In this document: positions 55,546-58,460 of the stretch, one piece after another
How the letters are laid out: each line of letters opens with the position of its first letter
Position numbering within the stretch: the first letter of the stretch is position 1
The notes under the pieces: model-generated
What the model was told of the DNA's origin: nothing
Databases searched by the model: none
What the model saw: only the letters and a program-made list of their open reading frames with translations
Translations under genes and position numbers: made by a program
Virus record (IMG/VR): IMGVR_UViG_3300034073_002726
Location: 1-58,460 of that record
Source of the DNA: a virus
Taxonomy: Duplodnaviria; Caudoviricetes
DNA length: 58,460 bases
Strand: one strand, 5' to 3'

Positions 55546-56740
55546 ACAGGTCTTCACCACGGAGCGACGCATAGCGCAGCACCATGCTGTAGTCGCTCCA
55601 GCCCATGATCTTGCAGATTTCCACATCGGAAAACACCCACCGGCCATCCTTGCCGCGCAGCTCAAACCACCGGCAGCAGGCTTCATGGCGCAAGTCGTGC
55701 TCCTTCATGTCGGGCAGCTCCACATGGCGGAACAGACTGCGAAACCGTGAGGTCAGCTGGTTTGTGGTGCGCTTCATGGTGTCCTTGTCGCCATCCCAGT
55801 AGCCAAAGACCAGTCCCACGCGGCCCGTGCACCAGGCGCGCAGCTCGGCCGCAATGCCGGGTTTCAGGGGCACCGTGCGAGGCTTGGCCGAACCGCGGTG
55901 CCCCTTGGAGCCCTCCACGTTGATAAAGCCACGGGCAAAGTCGATTTGGGACACGCGCAAGGTGTACGCCTCTTTCATGCGCAGGCCGGTATCAAGCACC
56001 AGCCGCAGGAACATTTTTGCCTCGGGGTCGGGCGCCAGGGCGCGCAACTTGCCCGGCAGCTTGATGCCATCCAGCGCCTGCAGCAGTAGCGATTCTTCAC
56101 TCGGGGCAAGCCTGCGCTCTCGGGTAGTGTCCTTCTTGGCGCCCAATCCCGCACGCGCGGCCTCTGCCGTGTCCTTGTCAGAATAAACACTGTACCCACG
56201 GGGGAGCTGGCGCAGCGGATTGGGCGGGATGCCCTCCCCGGCCGGCACCGTGCGCCGCCAATGCCAATCCATCACCCGAGCCAACGCGCCCACCCTCTTG
56301 CGGATAGAGCCCGGCGCCAGGTTCCCCACCTTGCGCCCGAACGCCCCACGAACATCCCCCCTACCCGTTTTCAGTTTCCGAACATAGTCCTCCACCCACC
56401 GGTAGGTTATGTCCGCCACCGTCACGCCCTGCAGATCATCGCGCTGCATGACGGTCAACAGTTCAGCCTCAGTGGGCGCCACAGGCGCATGGTTCAGATA
56501 GCCCTGCACCACGGCAGAGAGAAACTGTGAATTCTGGGTAGCCTTTTCGTGCTTCTGCTTGGCCTGCGCCTCGTCCATCAGCACCTGGGGCACAACGCCC
56601 TGTTTCAACAACCCATCCACTTGCGCCTTGAACGCCTCAGCTTCTGCCATGGTGTCGAAGGTGTAAAAAAGTGGCCTGGGCAGCACCTTGTTCTTGATTC
56701 GGAGCTGAAACTTGCCCCCGCGCGGTTGAATGCTTGCCAT
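55523..56740 (-). CDS. int: Tyrosine integrase
   Basis: TGLRMKE, HDLRHEA, MGWSDYSMVLRYA. Confidence 0.95.
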   Translation of the reverse strand: MASIQPRGGKFQLRIKNKVLPRPLFYTFDTMAEAEAFKAQVDGLLKQGVVPQVLMDEAQAKQKHEKATQNSQFLSAVVQGYLNHAPVAPTEAELLTVMQRDDLQGVTVADITYRWVEDYVRKLKTGRGDVRGAFGRKVGNLAPGSIRKRVGALARVMDWHWRRTVPAGEGIPPNPLRQLPRGYSVYSDKDTAEAARAGLGAKKDTTRERRLAPSEESLLLQALDGIKLPGKLRALAPDPEAKMFLRLVLDTGLRMKEAYTLRVSQIDFARGFINVEGSKGHRGSAKPRTVPLKPGIAAELRAWCTGRVGLVFGYWDGDKDTMKRTTNQLTSRFRSLFRHVELPDMKEHDLRHEACCRWFELRGKDGRWVFSDVEICKIMGWSDYSMVLRYASLRGEDLSSRLSAM

Positions 56741-56886
56741 GGGGCGTGATGGTAGCGGGTAGCAGCGGGTAGCGTGCTACCTTTTCCGGGTAGCCAACTA
56801 CCGATTTCCAGCCTATTCTGGGCCAAAAACAAAAAAGCCCGCTACAGTTTTAGTAGCAGGCTTTCCAGTATTTACGCGGTGTTGGG

Positions 56887-56931
56887 TGGTAGGACGTACA
56901 AGATTCGAACTTGTGACCAACGGATTAAAAG
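56887..56931 (-). other. attP core: 3' half of tRNA-Lys(TTT)
   Basis: Minus strand CTTTTAATCCGTTGGTCACAAGTTCGAATCTTGTACGTCCTACCA; no 5' half; GGTAGC/GCTACC arm-like repeats on both sides (56751-56794, 56838, 56968-56988). Confidence 0.85.
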
Positions 56932-57074
56932 GCCACAACGGCCTTTTAAAATCAAGCACTTACAAAACCGCTACCTTTTGCGCTACCCAAAACCGTGTTT
57001 TGCCCCCCATTTTCCCGCGATCTGAAACGCTGACCATCATTGTCAGCCATGCAGGCGGCGCATTTAACCGCCCG

Positions 57075-57104
57075 CGTTGACTCCGGCGAAATCCCTCTGA
57101 AACT
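57075..57104 (+). promoter_or_regulatory. Phage late promoter motif copy beyond attP
   Basis: CGTTGACTCCG; TTGACT-N16-GAAACT. Confidence 0.7.
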
Positions 57105-57110
57105 TTCTCT

Positions 57111-57230
57111 TGTCAAGGTGGCGGAATCACCAGACAATCGCACCAGAGCCCTTACTCATGCGTTCCTGCCTTCAATGGCAGGTGATTCCGCCACCGGAAC
57201 GCAGTAGTAAGGGCTTTTGCGTTTCTGGGT
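57111..57230 (+). ncRNA. Candidate structured RNA (kissing-loop/pseudoknot)
   Basis: 57117-57131 perfectly complementary to 57181-57195; 57130-57166 complementary to 57196-57228. Confidence 0.55.
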
Positions 57231-57288
57231 CAGGGCGCCATGCTGTACTGCGACTCTGGATTTCATCAACAAGACGCCGATTTGTCAC

Positions 57289-57687
57289 ATGCCACTCAGA
57301 TTCCAGCCAGCGCCTGGCACCATATTGAACTGCGACTTTTCGGGCTACATCGTCCCGGAGATAGTGAAAACACGGCAAGTCGTGGTCATCTGGAAGCACA
57401 AGACAAATGCCAAGCTGGTGTACATCGTTCCGCTGTCCACCACGGCGCCGCACACGCCTGCGCTGGCGCATGAATTGGCCCGCGTTCCGATACCGAGGCA
57501 GGGACAAGACCCCGACACCAAAGTATGGGTGAAGTGCGACATGATCTACACGGTGTCCACTGACCGCCTGAGCATGCCGGTCAACAGGGCATCACGGCGA
57601 AACGCGGCGCCCATCAACATCAACCTCTCTACCCCCGACCTGATGGAAGTCCGCCAGCGCATTGCGAAGGCGTTGCGCCTGGGGTAA
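57289..57687 (+). CDS. PemK/MazF-family endoribonuclease toxin
   Basis: PAPGTILNCDFSG..PEIVKTRQVVVI...IVPLSTT...WVKCDMIYTVSTDRL. Confidence 0.85.
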   Translation: MPLRFQPAPGTILNCDFSGYIVPEIVKTRQVVVIWKHKTNAKLVYIVPLSTTAPHTPALAHELARVPIPRQGQDPDTKVWVKCDMIYTVSTDRLSMPVNRASRRNAAPININLSTPDLMEVRQRIAKALRLG

Positions 57688-57690
57688 AAT

Positions 57691-57812
57691 CAGGCCGTAC
57701 CCGCAAGGGGCTGCAAGTCTGGTCCGTTTAGGCGTTGACCAGCCAGCATGAGACGCGATGACAAGCCCTCCTGCTGAAATCAAGGGGCACTTCGGTGCCC
57801 CTTTGTCTTTTC
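57691..57812 (+). ncRNA. Candidate structured RNA downstream of toxin, ending in a terminator
   Basis: ccc-GCAA-ggg, ctggtc/gaccag, cagca-gag/ctc-tgctg stems; aaggggcac-TTCG-gtgcccctt terminator. Confidence 0.5.
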
Positions 57813-57858
57813 TGGGTGGTGATGTCTATCACCCCTTGGGGATGTCATGGGCGGGAGG

Positions 57859-58191
57859 TTACTGCCCGAATTTCTCATGGCACACCTGCAGCCCAGCACG
57901 GACACCTTCTTTGGTGGGCGCCTTGCTGGCCTCTGTTCTGCAGGAGTCGTAGCGCCATCGGTCGATTGGGCCTAGCTCGCGCTTGGGAGGTGGCTCTACC
58001 GCTTCGAGATTTTTCATTAACTGCTGATAAGACGCTTGATCCATTGGGGCGACTTGCCCAGCCTTTGGCGCTTCTTCATATCGCAGGCCCTGTTTTATCA
58101 GGTCCTCGATAGTTGCTGGCTTTCCCCCTTGCTGCGCCACTGCAGCAGTACAAGCGATCAAGGCAGCCGCCGCCCAAAGAATTTTCGTCAT
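57859..58191 (-). CDS. Secreted/periplasmic moron protein
   Basis: GAGG SD; signal peptide MTKILWAAAALIACTAAVAQ; C-terminal Cys pair. Confidence 0.75.
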   Translation of the reverse strand: MTKILWAAAALIACTAAVAQQGGKPATIEDLIKQGLRYEEAPKAGQVAPMDQASYQQLMKNLEAVEPPPKRELGPIDRWRYDSCRTEASKAPTKEGVRAGLQVCHEKFGQ

Positions 58192-58248
58192 AGCGTCCTC
58201 GTCACAACTGGGGATACTCTTACATTCTGCATCACCAAAGGAGTCTGC

Positions 58249-58460
58249 ATGTTCGGTTTGCTTCGTATCGTCCGAGGAATCATTGGCGTCCTCTTTGTGT
58301 TCCAGCTTTTCGGGATGCTGCCGGTGCTGACCTGGCTCCAGAACCCGGAAGCAATCGGCGGGCACCATGTTGTCCAGTTGGTCGTCAAAATTTTGGCCGC
58401 CGCCATTTTTGGCGCATTGTTCTTTGGGATGCGGTCTTTCATCAACTGGCTGCACCAGAA
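58249..58460 (+). CDS. Membrane moron protein, truncated at window end
   Basis: AAGGAG SD; MFGLLRIVRGIIGVLFVFQLFGML... two TM helices; open to the edge. Confidence 0.75.
   Translation, partial: MFGLLRIVRGIIGVLFVFQLFGMLPVLTWLQNPEAIGGHHVVQLVVKILAAAIFGALFFGMRSFINWLHQ

Noticed and set aside
56887-56960. Functional tRNA-Lys gene
   Set aside because: Only anticodon loop to CCA is present; the D-arm and 5' acceptor strand are missing.
57110-57328. 72-aa ORF as protein antitoxin for the PemK toxin
   Set aside because: No SD, not antitoxin-like, and its sequence is explained by RNA base-pairing.
58192-58455. 198-aa and 85-aa minus-strand ORF extensions
   Set aside because: Antisense to the SD-led membrane gene at 58249; the secreted protein has its own SD and signal peptide at 58191.
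58440-58460. Direct circular join of window end to position 1
   Set aside because: No terminal overlap is visible, and joining would end the giant ORF abruptly (NQKNSGAAS*), so some sequence is probably missing.

Overview
A nearly complete (~58.5 kb) GC-rich temperate podophage genome, probably from a betaproteobacterial (Comamonadaceae-like) host; the host is an inference. It appears to be in the free or excised form. The site next to the integrase holds only the 3' half of tRNA-Lys(TTT), with phage DNA on both sides, which identifies it as attP. Minus strand, 1-36.4 kb (virion and late genes): a giant >4370-aa polyvalent ejected protein that runs off the left edge (ddrB/ParB-like, SF2 helicase, N6-adenine MTase, metallopeptidase, GNAT-like and PLxRFG domains), ejection proteins, GNAT, tail fibres, holin and GH108 endolysin, adaptors, N4-gp56-type capsid, scaffold, P22-like portal, terminase and a GIY-YIG nuclease. 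Minus strand, 36.5-42.3 kb: nin-like genes, DnaB, replication initiator, cII-like and cro. Plus strand, 42.4-55.5 kb: CI, PL operon, Bet/YqaJ, c4 RNA-controlled antirepressor and Xis. Then integrase, attP and morons. Best novel candidates: (i) three +1-frame genes overprinted in linkers of the giant effector gene; (ii) a six-copy phage-specific late promoter motif, CGTTGACTCCG-N13-(-10); (iii) a CsrA/RsmA-fold gene between scaffold and capsid genes, whose leaders carry matching AGGA-loop hairpins; (iv) a kissing-loop/pseudoknot RNA behind that promoter motif, and an orphan PemK/MazF toxin flanked by structured RNAs. All family calls come from motif recognition by eye; no database searches were run.
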